A stretch of 64,000 bases of DNA from Eledone cirrhosa (GCA_964016885.1 OZ024742.1:21018001-21082000), one strand, 5' to 3'. Numbered from the stretch's first letter, positions 13,874-27,870 are shown. Translations and numbers: made by a program. Notes: a model not told the origin generated them from the letters alone.

Positions 13874-16127
13874 ACACATATAGATATATATATATATATG
13901 AGAGAGAGAAATATAGATATAGATAGAGGGATATCGATATATGTTTAGCGGAAAAATGTATATAAGTTCGTACAATTATGATGAAAATATAATACCATCA
14001 GATGGTAACGTATTAATATGAAGCCTGTCGTATTGCTGGTTGCTGTTGTGTGTATAAGAGAAGACAGAAGTCAGTGTGCTACAAATATATATTTCTTAGA
14101 TCAGTAGATCAAGAGAGGTAATTTTCTGTGATATTTCTTACATCATTTTTTATCTCACGTTTACATTTGTGTATACATGAAATCACAAATTTGAGAAACA
14201 GAAGTTTACTCTTGTACAAATAAGCATGCATTTACAAGGTTACATTAAAATGAGTAACTGGTTGCTGAGAATTGCCATTCATACCCACACAGACACGTAC
14301 AGTGGTGAGGTAATAACCCCACTAAACAGCACATACATGTACCGTACCACACACAATACTGAAACCTAGTTTTGCATAAATGTGTGCGGTCTCTCAGAAT
14401 GCACATGTCCATGTTTATGCGCATACACCTCCGCCCCACCCAACATGTCCTCATGTACACACCCATATTCATGGTATCCATATCCATGTGTATTCACTAC
14501 CCTGCGTGATCCCACCTCTGGACATCCGGTAAGTCGTCATCATCTTCATCACAATTCTCACAAATTTCTTATATTAAAACTTTTGTATATTTGGAGTAAG
14601 ACATCTCACCCACTGAAAATGGCATGGTAAAACTGTGCGCGCGTGTGTGTGTGTGTGTGTGTTTATGTATGTATATGGCTGTGTGTGTGAGTGCGTTCTT
14701 TTTGTGCCTGTCTGTATGTGTGTGTGTGCTGCCATGTAGGGGTGTGGGAGAGAAATTGGTGTTTGTGGTGGTGGTGGTGGTGTTGGTGTTGGTGGCCTTG
14801 ATGTTTGTAATGGTGTTGGTGGTGGTGGTAGCAGCAACGTCGATATATTTTTAGTAGATGTCTTGTGTCTATATATGTGATATATAAAGAAAACATTGGA
14901 AATGCTATATTGATCATTAATACTTGGCGATTACTTTTAATTAAACCGTGGAACTTCCACGGGATCAACAAGTACTCATAAAAAAACGCTTAAATGGATG
15001 CACAAACAACGGATAACGAGAAACAGTTGACATGTAAATCGACGTAGAAAAGAGAGATGGATGATTGGCATCACATTAAACGAAATAAAGGAATGATATA
15101 AGTTTTAGTAAATCAATGAGCTGGATTAATAATGAATAAAACAAACATAAATAGTGATAAATATCGATGAATGTTGAATGCTGAAAGGTGATATTCAATA
15201 TAGATGATAACAGCGAGAAATATAGGCAAAAATAGCAAAATGAAAATATATGTAATACCAATAAAACAAACAAAAACAAAAGGAATATGATAAATGAACA
15301 TAGCGAAAGAACACAACAAAAGAAATTTAACACAAATTATACGAAGGAAGGAAAACAGTTATTATATAAGTATAGAAGAAGTAAACAGTAATAACAAAAG
15401 AACAAAACAAACAGCGCGGTATATGGAAGAATATATTAGTTTAACGCTCAGTCGAGAGAATGTATTTCTGTATTGCTGGGCGGGAGGAGTAAAAGATATT
15501 GAGAATGGAGTTTAAAGAAACAAAGGAATTTTACCACTGCTATAGTTCACAATGTTTTATACTGCTGAGAGGATGTAGCCTCGTTTGTATTAAACCAGTT
15601 TAGAATGAGTTAACGACTATCTTTACCCTGTTGTATATATATCTATATATATATCTATATATGTATATATATATATATATAACCTGCATATGAATTCCCG
15701 CGAACTCGCTGCCTAACGATGGAAACATCTTGTTGAGTCAAACAAAGCCGTAAGTTAAAACTATCCACGACAGAGAGTACTCACAACCTCTAACTGGATT
15801 ACCTATAACGATATATATATATATATCGTTATTCCGAAGCAGGTTATACTCGGAGTAATAATAGTGAGAGAATGAAGTGTAACATGGTTGGCTGTACAAC
15901 AAGGGGCTTTTTTGCAGGTATTAACAATTGTTTCATTGATCATGTGAGTCTAGAGCCCGCAAATCGCTCGAAGTTGCGTCACTCGATCTCCATTACATTA
16001 TTTACCTACGATCAAATCCTCAGATAATACTTATAAAAAGAGGAAAGCTAGAACGAGAGAAGGCTTTCCTTCATCAGTTGTCAGCTGGGGGCCTTGGATA
16101 TTTCAACGTATTATATATATATATATA

Positions 16128-16326
16128 TTAGATTAGAAACTCAAAATAGTCTCTTACAATTAAACAGCCCAAGGAAAGAGATTTTTCAGAGCCGTACAGT
16201 ATAATTGAATATAAAAGAGAGATAAACACAGATATATACATATATATGTTCAACTCTGGTACCCTACGATGTGGACACATATTTGTGTATATCTGTGTTT
16301 ATCTCTCTTTTATATTCAATTATACT
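16128..16326 (-). mobile_element. Short fold-back element in (TA)n with tail on the left
   Basis: 16198-16240 is the reverse complement of about 16282-16326; about 70 nt extra tail at 16128-16197. Confidence 0.65.
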
Positions 16327-16343
16327 ATATATATATATATATA

Positions 16344-16430
<87 letters not shown>

Positions 16431-16433
<3 letters not shown>

Positions 16434-17137
16434 TGAAAAATGGCGTGCTGCGTTGTTGCGAATATGAACATATGAATAAAAATAGACCGAGAAACAAGAA
16501 TGCCCGTCATCAGTAGCCTGCTGATTATCAAGAAATACCAAGGATAAACAGCAGGCTACTGATGACGAACATTCTTGTTTCTCGGTCTATTTTTATTCAT
16601 ATGTTCATATTCGCAACAACGCAGCACGCTATTTTTCATTCACTTATATATTTTTCCTTCGCTGTGGTTCGTATTTTTTCTGTCATGTTATTGCTATCCT
16701 TTTTCTCTCTTCCCCTCTCTCTCCTTCACCTCTTGCTTTCCTACACTCCCGCTGCTGGTCACTCACTCTCGACTGGCCCCTTCCTCACATTTTCACTCAC
16801 TCACTCTCTGCTACTCCTCCTCTCTCACTTCCTCCCGTCTGCCCTGCGTGAAATATTCTCTCATCTCTCACTGTTCTCGTGGCTCGGACACGTCCGTTTC
16901 TTCTCATCATTTGATTTGTCGGACTTAAGCCCACAAGATTCATTGACTTGTCTCTCTTTTCCTCTATTTACGTTGCATTACTGCCATGTTGTTTGTTTCT
17001 TTTCTTCTGTTTTCCTCTGTCCGGATAACTTAATTTAGTTATCGCTCGCACTGATTTTAGGTATCTAGTCTTTAATACGAAGAAATACCAATGATAACAA
17101 GCAGGCTACTGCTGACGGACATTCTTGTCTCTAGGTC

Positions 17138-17143
<6 letters not shown>
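16431..17143 (+). mobile_element. Family F non-coding element: inverted arm plus a 550-bp unit with terminal direct repeat
   Basis: 16431-16523 is the reverse complement of 16548-16641. The block agaaatacca...gcaggctactg at 16531 recurs at 17081. Confidence 0.7.
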
Positions 17144-17169
<26 letters not shown>

Positions 17170-17221
17170 GAACACACAAGATTTCTTCCAGAAAATGATT
17201 GAGGAAGAGACATAGAGGAAG

Positions 17222-17330
17222 AATAGACCCCTGTAATAGACTGGTACGTTTTATCGACCTCGGTAGGGTGAATGCCAAATTTGACCTGTGCAAAATTTGG
17301 ACTCAGAGTGTGGAGCACCGAATAACGCAA
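17222..17330 (-). mobile_element. tRNA-derived SINE, decayed
   Basis: ctggtacgttttatcgacctcggtagggtgaatgccaaatttgacc variant of the main SINE core. Confidence 0.6.
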
Positions 17331-17616
17331 TTCGCTCTACCCGACGTTCTCGTGACACGCCACATTAACCAACTATTAAAATCCATTTATAATTATTACA
17401 AATGAGAGAGAGAGAAAATAGAGAATGAAAAAAAGGCAAAAGATCAGATATATATATATCATATCGTTAGCTGTGTCTTTAAGTAATTTATTGAAAGGTA
17501 TTCTTTTTAAATTTCAAGATACCACCTCTGAAAGATTTCCTTATCACAGTACATAGACTATATATTTATGCAAGCTCACACACACATATATATGTATATA
17601 TATATATGTATGTATG

Positions 17617-18293
17617 TTATCTCTTTCTCTTAATTTCGAGTATATTTTTTGACCGGCCACCTTCCTGGTGGCAAGGTTGTAAAAGAAAAGAAATTCTCAT
17701 CCCTTGAATCGCAAGAAAGTTTTGTAAAATTTGAAGGTCCCAGCTGTCGCAGCCACCTGTAGACTATGAATTAGGGCGCTGCGTTCTTTGTCCGCAAATA
17801 CAAGTTCAGTCATACTTTGGTCCAAGCGGGTTGGTATATAACCCGTAGCTCCAATAATGATGGGTATGAAGCTAAAGGTGTATCTTGGATACTGGATTTG
17901 TAAACTCCTCATCAATGGTCCGTAGATGTCCTCCTTCTCCTGTATTTTTCTGACAACGTTTACATCATGTGGGCAGCTGATCTCCACAACAGAACACGTT
18001 TTCAATGTGTGGTCCCAAACAACAATATCAGACCGGTTGTTCTTTAATTTGGTGGCAGTTTTTATTTTCAGGTTCCACCAGTATTTCTTAGTGCCATCTG
18101 TCTCAATATATTCTTCCTCGTTTGTTGTTAATTTTGTTTTCCGAAGTGCGTTCCAGATGGTTCTAGCTATCCCATCGTGTCTCATGGGGAGGTAGTAGCG
18201 AGATGACATTCTTTCGGAGCTGGCAACAATGTGGCTTACATCTTCAATCTTTGTTTTACATAGCCTACATTTATTGACAGCTGATGGCCCTCG
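17617..18293 (-). mobile_element. 3' fragment of a restriction-like-endonuclease non-LTR retrotransposon (R4/Dong-like) in a (TACA)n tract
   Basis: [17 protein letters not shown] zinc knuckle, RHD, and NRSDIVVWD...VVEISCP (PD-(D/E)xK-like). (TATG)n lies on both sides. Confidence 0.8.
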
Positions 18294-18385
18294 TATGTAT
18301 GTTTGTATGTATGTATGTATGTATGTATGTATGTATGTATGTATGTATGTATGTATGTATGTATGTATGTATGTATGTATGTATG

Positions 18386-18848
18386 ACCCCTTAGCCTTTG
18401 TCAACGCAGAATTCTAGGAGAAGGAAAACTCTGATATAACACCTGCAACCCTGATGGTATCCAATGATGTTGACTTGTTCTTCTTTTTGGTAAATATCAT
18501 CTTGGTTAAGAGAGTGGAACTGGCTTTGTGCAGTGCCTTTGCTCACTATAAAAGCTTCACGGCACAGGCATTGCTTTATATCTGGAGATCTCTCTGCACT
18601 TGTCGTCACATGGTACCATGGGCCCAGCACTATGTGTCAATAATTCCACAAGTGTAGTGTTTGTACAAAGGTTTTCATGTCGCAAGCTGGACTAAAAAGT
18701 CACACTCGTTCAGCGCATCGGTAGGGGTTCTCCTACATGGATATAAAGTAGTGGCCGTACTCGAAAACGAGTTGGCAGCCACCATGTATGTATGTATGTA
18801 TGTATGTATGTATGTATGTATGTATGTATGTATGTATGTATGTATGCA
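18386..18848 (+). mobile_element. Internally deleted RTE-like non-autonomous element with (GTAT)n tail
   Basis: aggagaaggaaaactctga motif of the type found in RTE 5' UTRs, followed by a terminal C2H2 coding remnant; second copy at 47005-47370. Confidence 0.6.
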
Positions 18849-18897
18849 TGTATATGTATATATATATATACATATATATAAATATACATACATGCAT

Positions 18898-18927
<30 letters not shown>

Positions 18928-18929
<2 letters not shown>

Positions 18930-19105
18930 TGTTATGCTTTGGGAGGGTCATGTTGCCAATAAGAAACACACGCACCAGTTGGTTCATTTCAATTTATTAT
19001 GAATTATATTTATAAATTTAGGAATTCATAAATTTCCTGATGGTTGGTTGGTTCCACAACCAGATGATTGTTCATATATTGTCAAAGTTCTTTCGTCACA
19101 CATTC
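18928..19105 (-). mobile_element. PLE family E 3' arm, ending at the internal site
   Basis: ttgttatgctttgggagggtcatgttgccaataagaaacac...ttctttcgtcacac, shared with 20638, 38172, 46462 and 59780. Confidence 0.8.
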
Positions 19106-19330
19106 ACGGAGGAGTTTAAAGAATAATATATTAATAAAATATAATTGTGAAAATAAGTATGAAAACACAGACCTTAATCTGAATAAAATGGTTGTATGAT
19201 AACATAATACTTTGAAACATTAATGGAAGTTAGATCACTCAGCTGTCAAAGAAGTTTATATCTCGGTTGGGAATATGAGTTGCAGAGGGTAATAAAACAT
19301 TACATAACACTTGAATAAAATATATAATAA

Positions 19331-19501
19331 TTGTTTCTACGTTTGGTACAAGGGATTACTGGTACTTTATTTTATCGACCCCGTAAGGATGAAGGGCAAA
19401 GTTAACCTCGGCGAGATTTGAACTCAGAATGGCAAGGGCCGTAACTCTATGCGTCAAATCATGGCGTTCGATGCTCTACAGATACTGCCAAACCACCGCC
19501 C
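19331..19501 (-). mobile_element. tRNA-derived SINE (octopod OK/OR-like)
   Basis: Core atcgaccccgtaaggatgaagggcaaagttaacctcggcgagatttgaactcag with A and B boxes on the minus strand. Confidence 0.85.
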
Positions 19502-19534
19502 TACATATATATAATAATACAAGCGACTGAAAAA

Positions 19535-19745
19535 GGTTCCTTCCAAAGGTGTTTGCCGTAATGCTACGCGATAAATTGCGTAGCTCAGAGATCAGTGAGT
19601 CGCTCCAGGTAGAGCCGCTACTTCTCTGAATTGAGAGATCACAACTCCGACATTATGGGCATGTCTTAGGAAAGAATCGCTGGACAGATTTTACGGGCAA
19701 AACCAACCAGCAGGAGACAGAAGAAGAAGAAGAAGAAGAAGAAGA
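19535..19745 (+). mobile_element. RTE LINE 3' remnant with (GAA)n tail
   Basis: Translates as LRDKLRSSEISESLQVEPLLL*IERSQLRHYGHV. Confidence 0.65.
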
Positions 19746-20442
19746 TATATTAATAACTTGATTCAAATGCATTCGTCCTTCCCGGGACTTCGCAAAATAT
19801 GGCCTCCCGTGCCACATACATACACACACACAGACTGACAGAGACACAGACAAACAGAGAAACATACGCACACACTCTTACATACATACTTATTTATGTG
19901 AGTGCATATAGTATATATATATATATATAAGGTAATGAGATTGATATATTTCTATAAAATATAGCCCAGAGTTATATTAGTTAGATACTAATACTGATTA
20001 TATTACTTTATAAACTGTTCTCTATTCATTAATGAACACATCTAGTTAGTGTGTAAAAAACATTGTGCGTCTTCTCCGTATATATTAAATGATTAAAATC
20101 ACCATTTATGTCACACACATTTACATAACTACACACCCATACGAACACCTATTTACATACATTTTATGTTATATTAATATTCCCTAAGTCTATGAATATT
20201 TCCCTTTCTTCTTATTCAATAGTTTCTTGGAAATTACATGAGAGAATAAAGGTCTTCTCTGCTGTTATAAAGAATTCTATGCAAATAATTTAAACGGAAA
20301 TTAAGGCTTATTAAAAATTAATTCACGCAGATAGTTTCATATTAATAAGCAATGAATTATTGTACATCAATTCCACAGAGCTGAATTAATATACGGTGGC
20401 ATATACGTAACTTGGTATTCTCATATTATTACTGTACACACA

Positions 20443-20569
<127 letters not shown>

Positions 20570-20637
20570 CCATGCTACAGATAGTTTATTATATATCATA
20601 TATATTAAGAAAATAACAATAAACAATATATATATAT

Positions 20638-21190
20638 TTCGTTTCTGAATTTATTTAGCAAGATTCTTTATCTGAAAATGTGTGTTGAAACCGATATTGT
20701 TATACTTTGGGAGGGTCATGTTGCCAATAAGAAACACACGAAATGAAAACAAATAGAAAACATGAATGGAACAGCAACATCACAATTTACAATTAAGGAC
20801 AAAATGAAAACACACACACACAAAAAACAAACAACCAACCAGTAACATGTAAATAAACAAATAAATAAACAAATATAAACACACACAGACACCCGGATGT
20901 AACACATGCGCAAACTAAGCACACAACACACACAAAAACAAGATGGCGTAGGACAGAACAAAGGAGAGGCACAAAAACAAAGAAAATAATCTCTAGTCAC
21001 TGAAGAGGTCACAGAATGTGTGACGAAAGAAGTTTGACAACATATGAACAGTCATCTGGTTCTGGAACAACGAGCCAATCGGACATTTATAAATTCCTAA
21101 ATTTATAAATTTAACTTATAATAAGTTGAAGTGAAAGCAACTGGTGCGTGTGTTTCTTATTGGCAACATGACCCTCGCAAAGTATACAAT
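20638..21190 (+). mobile_element. PLE family E two-arm insertion
   Basis: Left arm 20638-20740 is inverted and carries the tail. The right arm matches 39445-39888 and ends at caaagtatacaat-(TA)n. Confidence 0.85.
20996..21038 (+). ncRNA. Minimal type I hammerhead ribozyme (family E)
   Basis: gtca CTGAAGA g gtcac agaatgt gtgac GAAA gaag TT tgac. Stems I and II are intact; stem III has a mismatch. Confidence 0.65.
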
Positions 21191-21207
21191 ATATATATAT
21201 ATATATA

Positions 21208-23624
21208 TATTTATTAAAATAACAGATTAAAGTTTAAGCAAAGAATCGCTGCTTTCACCCTTAACGGGATCTTCTGAAACTAACAAAGTCAATCTGTGAA
21301 CGCAGAAGTGAATATTTCAAAAAACGTTGCAACCGGAGGAAGACAGGAAGACGATACTTTGGTTCGTGGAAACGTTCCCTTTCAAAGAACGGGAAAAAAG
21401 GAAGATAATACGTCATATGTGGAGCGGAGAGAACGCAAAGACATAACAACGTAAATGGTATAACTGAAGTCGTAGACTAAAATTCTAACAAGGAAACCGA
21501 ATGATTCTCGGCTTCAGAGTTAAGAATAAAGTAAATAAAATACAGAGGTAATTGTAATAAATACATACACGCATCCATATACGTACATACGCAAGCATAC
21601 GCGAAAACACACGCCATAGGTATACAAATACACGCAAGTACAAAAAAAAAATAAAAAACTCACAGGCACATACAGAACCCACTCAACGCCTGTAACCGCA
21701 CGCATACGTATGTATACACCAAATACACACAAAAATGTATATAAAACAATATATATGTGTGTGTGTGCGTGTATACATATATTTAAATAAACGTATATAA
21801 ATAAATAAATACGTACATAACAAGCGCACACAGATACCTACATGAAATACACATATGTTTGGAGACTACGTCAACCAAAACTCAAAGTACACATATACAC
21901 ACACCCTACATACGTGCGAACCCGCATACTCACACAGACGCAAAACTCACGTATACACATAACTAAAAGCATATGTACCAAAATATATAATATATACGCC
22001 ATAACACATACAATCAAATATACGTACGAGGAAGTATACGTACCTTCATAAAACATACAGATAATATATACTTACCTATACAAATATGTAATGGTATAAA
22101 CATGACATATACTTAGCTACCACATCAAGACGTAAAATATCCGCGTATAGTTCGTACTATCCCTTAGGGTATAATGTGGAGTTGTAATACAGGAAAGTTT
22201 TGTGCAATTTATGTTTACAAGCCGAAATTGCCTCAGAGTTTTTGTTTAAGATGTGGTCTTTGGCGTAGAGTATTTCTAGAGCCTCAGCGGCGCAGAGGTC
22301 ACATGGTCTTTTATTTCCGTTATACGATCTAGCCCTAGCTACGATCACCCAGTGTAACTTATATTGGGTATAGTTGTCTTTCACACTCCAGATATAAGAT
22401 GAAAGTGATGTCATATTCCTTCTTAAAGGGTAGCAAAAAGAATGGGTATGCACGCTGCTTGAATCTATTGGCGGTTAAGCCTATGTAGGCCCTGCGAGAC
22501 GTGGGTATTTCAACCTTACATTTGTAGACAATGTTACTAGAGAGGCATTTCCCCGATAGGGGGCAGTCAACCCGATTCCTACAATTACAGTTAGTACTAA
22601 CTACAGGGCTGCACGTGTTCCTACGGCTAGGTAGTTTAGATAAATTTGAAGCTATGATGTTATGTGCAAGGTTAGGAGTCGTAGAGTAAGAAATTTTAAT
22701 AGTATTTCTATTAAATATTTTACTATATTTATGTGTAGAGGGAAAATGCTTCATAATAAAGGAGAGAAAGATCTTAGCTAATGGTGTGGCCACCTCCATA
22801 TTATATGGTGGGTTATACCATATAATGCGTCGGGATCTATTTCTTCTAGGTCTATTCTCGTACTCTGTATATGCTAACTTATCGACAAATCCACTCCGAG
22901 CAAGAGCTTCATTGTAATATGTGGAATGGTCGTTGAAAATATGCTCGTTAGCAGATAGACGGGAAAGCCTCAAAGAAACGTTTCTTACCAGGTTCTTGTG
23001 TATGCTGGCAGGATGGTTAGAAAGCTTACTTATGTAATTAAGCGTATCATTCGTCTTTCTATACGGGAAATGAAAGCCATTCGATAAATTGGCCTCAACC
23101 TGTATGAAGAGGTTGAAGCCTTTAAAGGAGGCTGTGAGTTCTTTTCTGAACCTGTCGCAAGCATGTGGGCCGCACCTATTCATGGTCAAAAGACCATCAT
23201 CACGGTACAAACCACCGCCCACGTTGGGGAATTATTCCTTGATAGAGAAAAGAAGAAAAAGGCCGATAAGATCAGTAACCTCCGCAGTATCGCTGGCGCC
23301 CATACTCACGTCGAATGGGTTACTATTGGATTTTTTAAATCCAAATAGAGTCGTCGAAATTAATCACCGACTTACGGGCATTGAGGATGACATCAACTTC
23401 GAAATCCTTAACCACTGTGAATGTTTTAGCTAAATTGATAGCTTTAAGGAGAAGTGGTAAAGTGATGGAGGAGTAGTAATTATTGATGTCGAATTGGATA
23501 AAACGACAATGTACCTTGTTGCATATGCCGTTGAACCAATCAATCACCGAGGTTCATATATATTTGATATATATTTATGCTTATCGAGCCCTCTTTGGAT
23601 TTTAGTTTTCAAATTTATTATTAT

Positions 23625-23628
<4 letters not shown>
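21208..23628 (-). mobile_element. PLE family B insertion: long minus-strand arm plus a short plus-strand tail arm (23549-23628)
   Basis: Bounded by (TA)n on both sides. The 3' UTR and tail match 8125-9418. Confidence 0.88.
22157..23547 (-). pseudogene. Frameshifted PLE reverse transcriptase plus GIY-YIG endonuclease, Naiad-like
   Basis: IQFDINNYYSSIT, MGASDTAEVTDLIG, GLYRDDGL, WYNPPY, CNCRNRVDCPLSGKC, VYKC...YIGLT...FKQR and CDLC, spread over several frames. Confidence 0.9.
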
Positions 23629-23679
<51 letters not shown>

Positions 23680-23692
23680 TGGACTGCCCAGC

Positions 23693-23733
23693 CCGAGCTG
23701 AAGATCCGCATAAGGTGAAACAATTGTTCTCGG
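23693..23733 (+). ncRNA. Minimal type I hammerhead ribozyme
   Basis: ccgag CTGAAGA t cc gcataa gg t GAAAC AATT GTT ctcgg. Stem I is 5 bp, stem II is short, stem III loop is palindromic. Confidence 0.75.
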
Positions 23734-24384
23734 TATGATGAACTAACTGTTGTGTTACTCTCTCTCTCTCTCTCTCTCCCCTCTCTCTCTCTCTATATAT
23801 ATATATATATCGTTTATGGTAAATTCTTAATACATATATATAAGGAATCCTGTGTAGCAATTTGAAACACAGCCAAGACTCATGGAAATCAAATCATGAG
23901 TATATTACTTATTCTGTGACCATAATGATTACATCAGAATGTATTTGTAAGACGACGCAGTCATTTTCAAATCCATTACTATAATTATTTATAGTATAAA
24001 CTAAAAGTTCTCTGTCGATAATGATTGCAATCGTCTAGCAAATAATGTCAGTCATAAAACCACAACTGATAGTAATTTTACCTAAGGTATGGACACCCAA
24101 TAATATGAAGATATGACTCACTATTTAGCTTTAATAAAATGTATATATACATCATCATCATCATTCGTCGACTACTGTCGAGATGATGGATCTCACCCTC
24201 ATGCTCCAGAATTACCTGTCCCACATCGCTGCCCCAGGTCCCGTCTACTGATTCCGTATCCCTAGAGATAACGTCAGGGAATGACAGCTTCCTACTCCTA
24301 GTCAGGCTGGAGTCAGGGTTCCAGAGCAAGAGAGTGGATATGATTTCATTGCTGGCACGGTGACAGTGGCCAGCAAATTGAGCT

Positions 24385-24803
24385 CACCGGGATTTTAGAA
24401 GGGCAGAGGCTCGAGGGAGTTTGCCATAGATTTTAGACAAGGTGGGATGTCGTTTCCAGGATAGGTTTTGCACTCTCATTAAGAGGCGGGTATATGTGCC
24501 ATCCAATCTCCTCTCAAGTTGTGATGTTAGTTACCAAGTTTCGGATCCATAAAGTAATATGGGCTTAATGGTTGCTTGGAATATTTCCAGTTTTAGCTTG
24601 TTGGTAAGTTGAGATGTCCATATGGCGTGCATGTCATTGCACGCTGACCATGCCATACCCTTCCTGGTTAGAAAATCTTTTTTGGAGGAGGAGATATATG
24701 AGCCAAGATACTTGTAATCTTCCACCTGCTTAAGGGTGGTACCATTAAGGGTTCTGATGGAGTAGTTTGGGCTGTTTGCGCATCTGTTCACATACTCAGT
24801 CTT
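24385..24803 (-). mobile_element. RTE-clade LINE RT C-terminal fragment
   Basis: LKQVEDYKYLGSYI...AWSACN...KPILLYGSETW. Confidence 0.8.
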
Positions 24804-25056
24804 GGATTCGTTTTCTTTTTTTTTTCTCCTTTCTATGATTCCTCAAAGTGACATTATTGAAAAAATGAGAGGGACACTTCTTTTAAAAAAAGAGTTTTAT
24901 AATGTGTATAAAGTATATACATTATATAAAGTATACTTTATATACATTATAAAACTCTTTTTAAAAAGAATTGTCCATCTAATTAATCACAGTTTTGTAT
25001 AGAACCTTACTTCCCTTTTCATATATATATATAACACCAATCAAACCCCTTTTATA

Positions 25057-25101
25057 GCTCTGACGAATCCTACGGTTACGTAAGGAAGAAACATTGTAAG
25101 C
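25057..25101 (+). ncRNA. Minimal type I hammerhead ribozyme inside a 115-bp insert in (TA)n
   Basis: gct CTGACGA a tcct acggttacgta agga a GAAAC ATT GTA agc. Confidence 0.7.
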
Positions 25102-25142
25102 CAATAAAGATCTTTTGATGTTGTAGACGCTCTTGTGTTCTT

Positions 25143-25185
<43 letters not shown>

Positions 25186-25265
25186 GTAAACAGAAATAAC
25201 AACACAATCGGTATAGTATATAGAAGGAATATATTATGTTAACGCTTGAAATACCAGGAAGAGGG

Positions 25266-25301
25266 TCTTGACGTTTCAGACGCTAGTCTTTCATCAGAAG
25301 A
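25266..25301 (-). ncRNA. Minimal type I hammerhead ribozyme (family H; insert about 25181-25398)
   Basis: Minus strand: tctt CTGATGA a agac tagc gtct GAAAC GTC aaga. Related decayed ends at 25830-25952, 52145-52290 and 15380-15450. Confidence 0.8.
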
Positions 25302-25395
25302 AAGAATGATAAATAAGATAGATTGAGGGGACAAGCGGGTTGGAATTGGAAATAAATGTCTTTAGATAAAAATAAAAGGTCCATTCATATTGACA

Positions 25396-25441
<46 letters not shown>

Positions 25442-26011
25442 CTGACGAGAAACACGTAGGTTGTGTTCTAGCCAGCCTTTACCCTATTTTCTTTATATAC
25501 TGTCTACTTTCATCCGGTTTCTTCTTTTCCAAACGAAATATTCTCTCTGCACTCTCTTATTCCATCTTCCGACCAAGGATTGAAACCGAAATGTTGAGAT
25601 ATTTTTTTCAAAATATATCGAAAACAAATACCCCTTCTCTACAATATATTGTTCTTCTTTTTTGCTTTAATCATTGATTTTTGTTGTAAATATATGGATG
25701 ACCGTGGTGTATCTATGTGCGTATGCGCATGAGTATATATTTATACGTGTGTTTTTCTCTCCAACTTTTTTCCCTCATATTCCTTCCCCTTAGCACTCTT
25801 TATATATCTCCTATTCTTGATAGATATATCTGATGAAGCGTAGATATATCTGACGAAACGTTACGACTCTGTTACTGCTATTTCAAACGTTAAACTAATA
25901 TATTTCTTCGATAGAATGTTCCGTTTGTTTTGTTATTTCTGTTTACCTTTTACAAACACACACACATATATATATATACACACGCGCATAAAAAAAAAAA
26001 ATATATATATA

Positions 26012-26317
26012 TATAGAAAAAGAGATGAAATCGAAAATGCAACTGGGGTCTTATTTTTTTTTTAAAATATATATATTTATTTGGTTCCTTTACCGGAACA
26101 GATGTGAGAAAAACCACAGACCCTCCATCTCAACTCACCTTTTGAAAAGCAGAGGAACCTGCGAAACCGGTAAAGGAACCAAATAAATATATATATTAAA
26201 AAAGAAAAAATAAGACTCCAGTTGCATTTTCGATTTCATCTCTTTTTCTTTATACTTTCACTCGTGTAGGACACCTCGGCTATTTTTCATTTTGTAAAAA
26301 AAACCCTCACTTTCTAA
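26012..26317 (+). mobile_element. Family K fold-back element with a decayed hammerhead (26138-26176)
   Basis: 26012-26096 is the reverse complement of 26167-26252. Motif: cctt TTGAAAA gcag aggaac ctgc GAAAC CG GTA aagg. The tail also occurs at 59521-59628. Confidence 0.75.
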
Positions 26318-26389
<72 letters not shown>

Positions 26390-26816
26390 GGGTGGGGGGC
26401 ATGCGGGTGTATCTGATAGAAGGCGTTAACCTTACCAGTCTTTGAAACCCATCTATTGAAGCTGGAAGGTTGATAAATTACCTAACTAACAAATTAGACA
26501 CGAGAGAAGATAGAAACGTTACATTACATAAAATTGAACCTGAGACATAGACTCGTCGATTGTCCTGTATAATTGGTATCATGCTCAACGTGCAAGCCAT
26601 ATATTCTTCTTTCGACCATATTTAGAGGGTATATTGGTTTTTGTTATGTTTGATAATATGTCTTATACAAATACGACTACTTTCACGTATGACTATAGTA
26701 TTATAGTTATTTAAAATACATGTATAGTTATGAATATATACATAGAGGTATTTTCACATATTTCTTTCATCCTCACATTCTTTTGCCTTTAACAACTGTC
26801 TTTCTCTCTCTCTCTT

Positions 26817-26886
<70 letters not shown>

Positions 26887-26893
<7 letters not shown>

Positions 26894-26943
26894 TAAAATA
26901 ACAAAGAATTGCTGCTTTCACCCTTAACGGGATCTTCTGAAAC
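26887..26943 (-). mobile_element. Family B stub starting at the internal site
   Basis: tttattaaaataacaaagaattgctgctttcacccttaacgggatcttctgaaac between (TA)n tracts. Confidence 0.75.
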
Positions 26944-27810
26944 ATATATATATATATATATATTTGTATATCTCTCTCCCAGACACACTTATTCTCGCGG
27001 TCTTCTTATTCGTGTGTGTATCTGTATGTATGTGAGTATGAGGTTATGTATATGTATGTATATGTCTTCGAATAGATGACTTTTCATGTATATTTATAAA
27101 GATATGTTTAATCACATGAGTATATGCATGTCTGTTTGGCTGTCTCACTCACTCACTCACTCACTCCCTCTATCTCCTTCTCTATCTCTTTCTCTCTCTG
27201 TATCTTTGTGTGTATATATATATATCTGTATATATGCATGTTTGCATATCTGTACGTATGTGTATGTATATTTCATTATGGTGGCTTATACCATTTATTT
27301 ACATTATATATCTATGCATGTAAGTTTGTGTGTGCATGTAGCTGCATGTGTATCGTTAAGAAAGTTCTTTATTGTTTGATATTATCACCGAGAATGGCTG
27401 GCGTTGATCACCGTTTGGAAAGAAATTCTGGAAGTCCACAACAGCAGGAATTGGGCAGATCCGTTGATCACGTGAAGAAAAGTTAGCGTTCGCCGAGAGA
27501 TTGAGGGGCTATGCCACGTGACGTCATATGACGGATAATTACTCACTTATCTGGCACAACCTCTCACCTCACCACGACCTAGATTGTGTTCGCCCTTTTC
27601 TTGCATTTGCTCAGATATCATCCACCTCCACAGAGCTGACACCTTATTGCAGCTGACATATATTACTCCAGCAACACGTCTTCTTCATTGTTGTTCCATA
27701 TGAAGTTGGTGTATGGCTATTACATATTTGAAACATGGAATGTGACTTAATCACACAAGTACACACACATATTTATATAGGTATATCTATATACAAATAT
27801 ATATATATAT

Positions 27811-27870
<60 letters not shown>

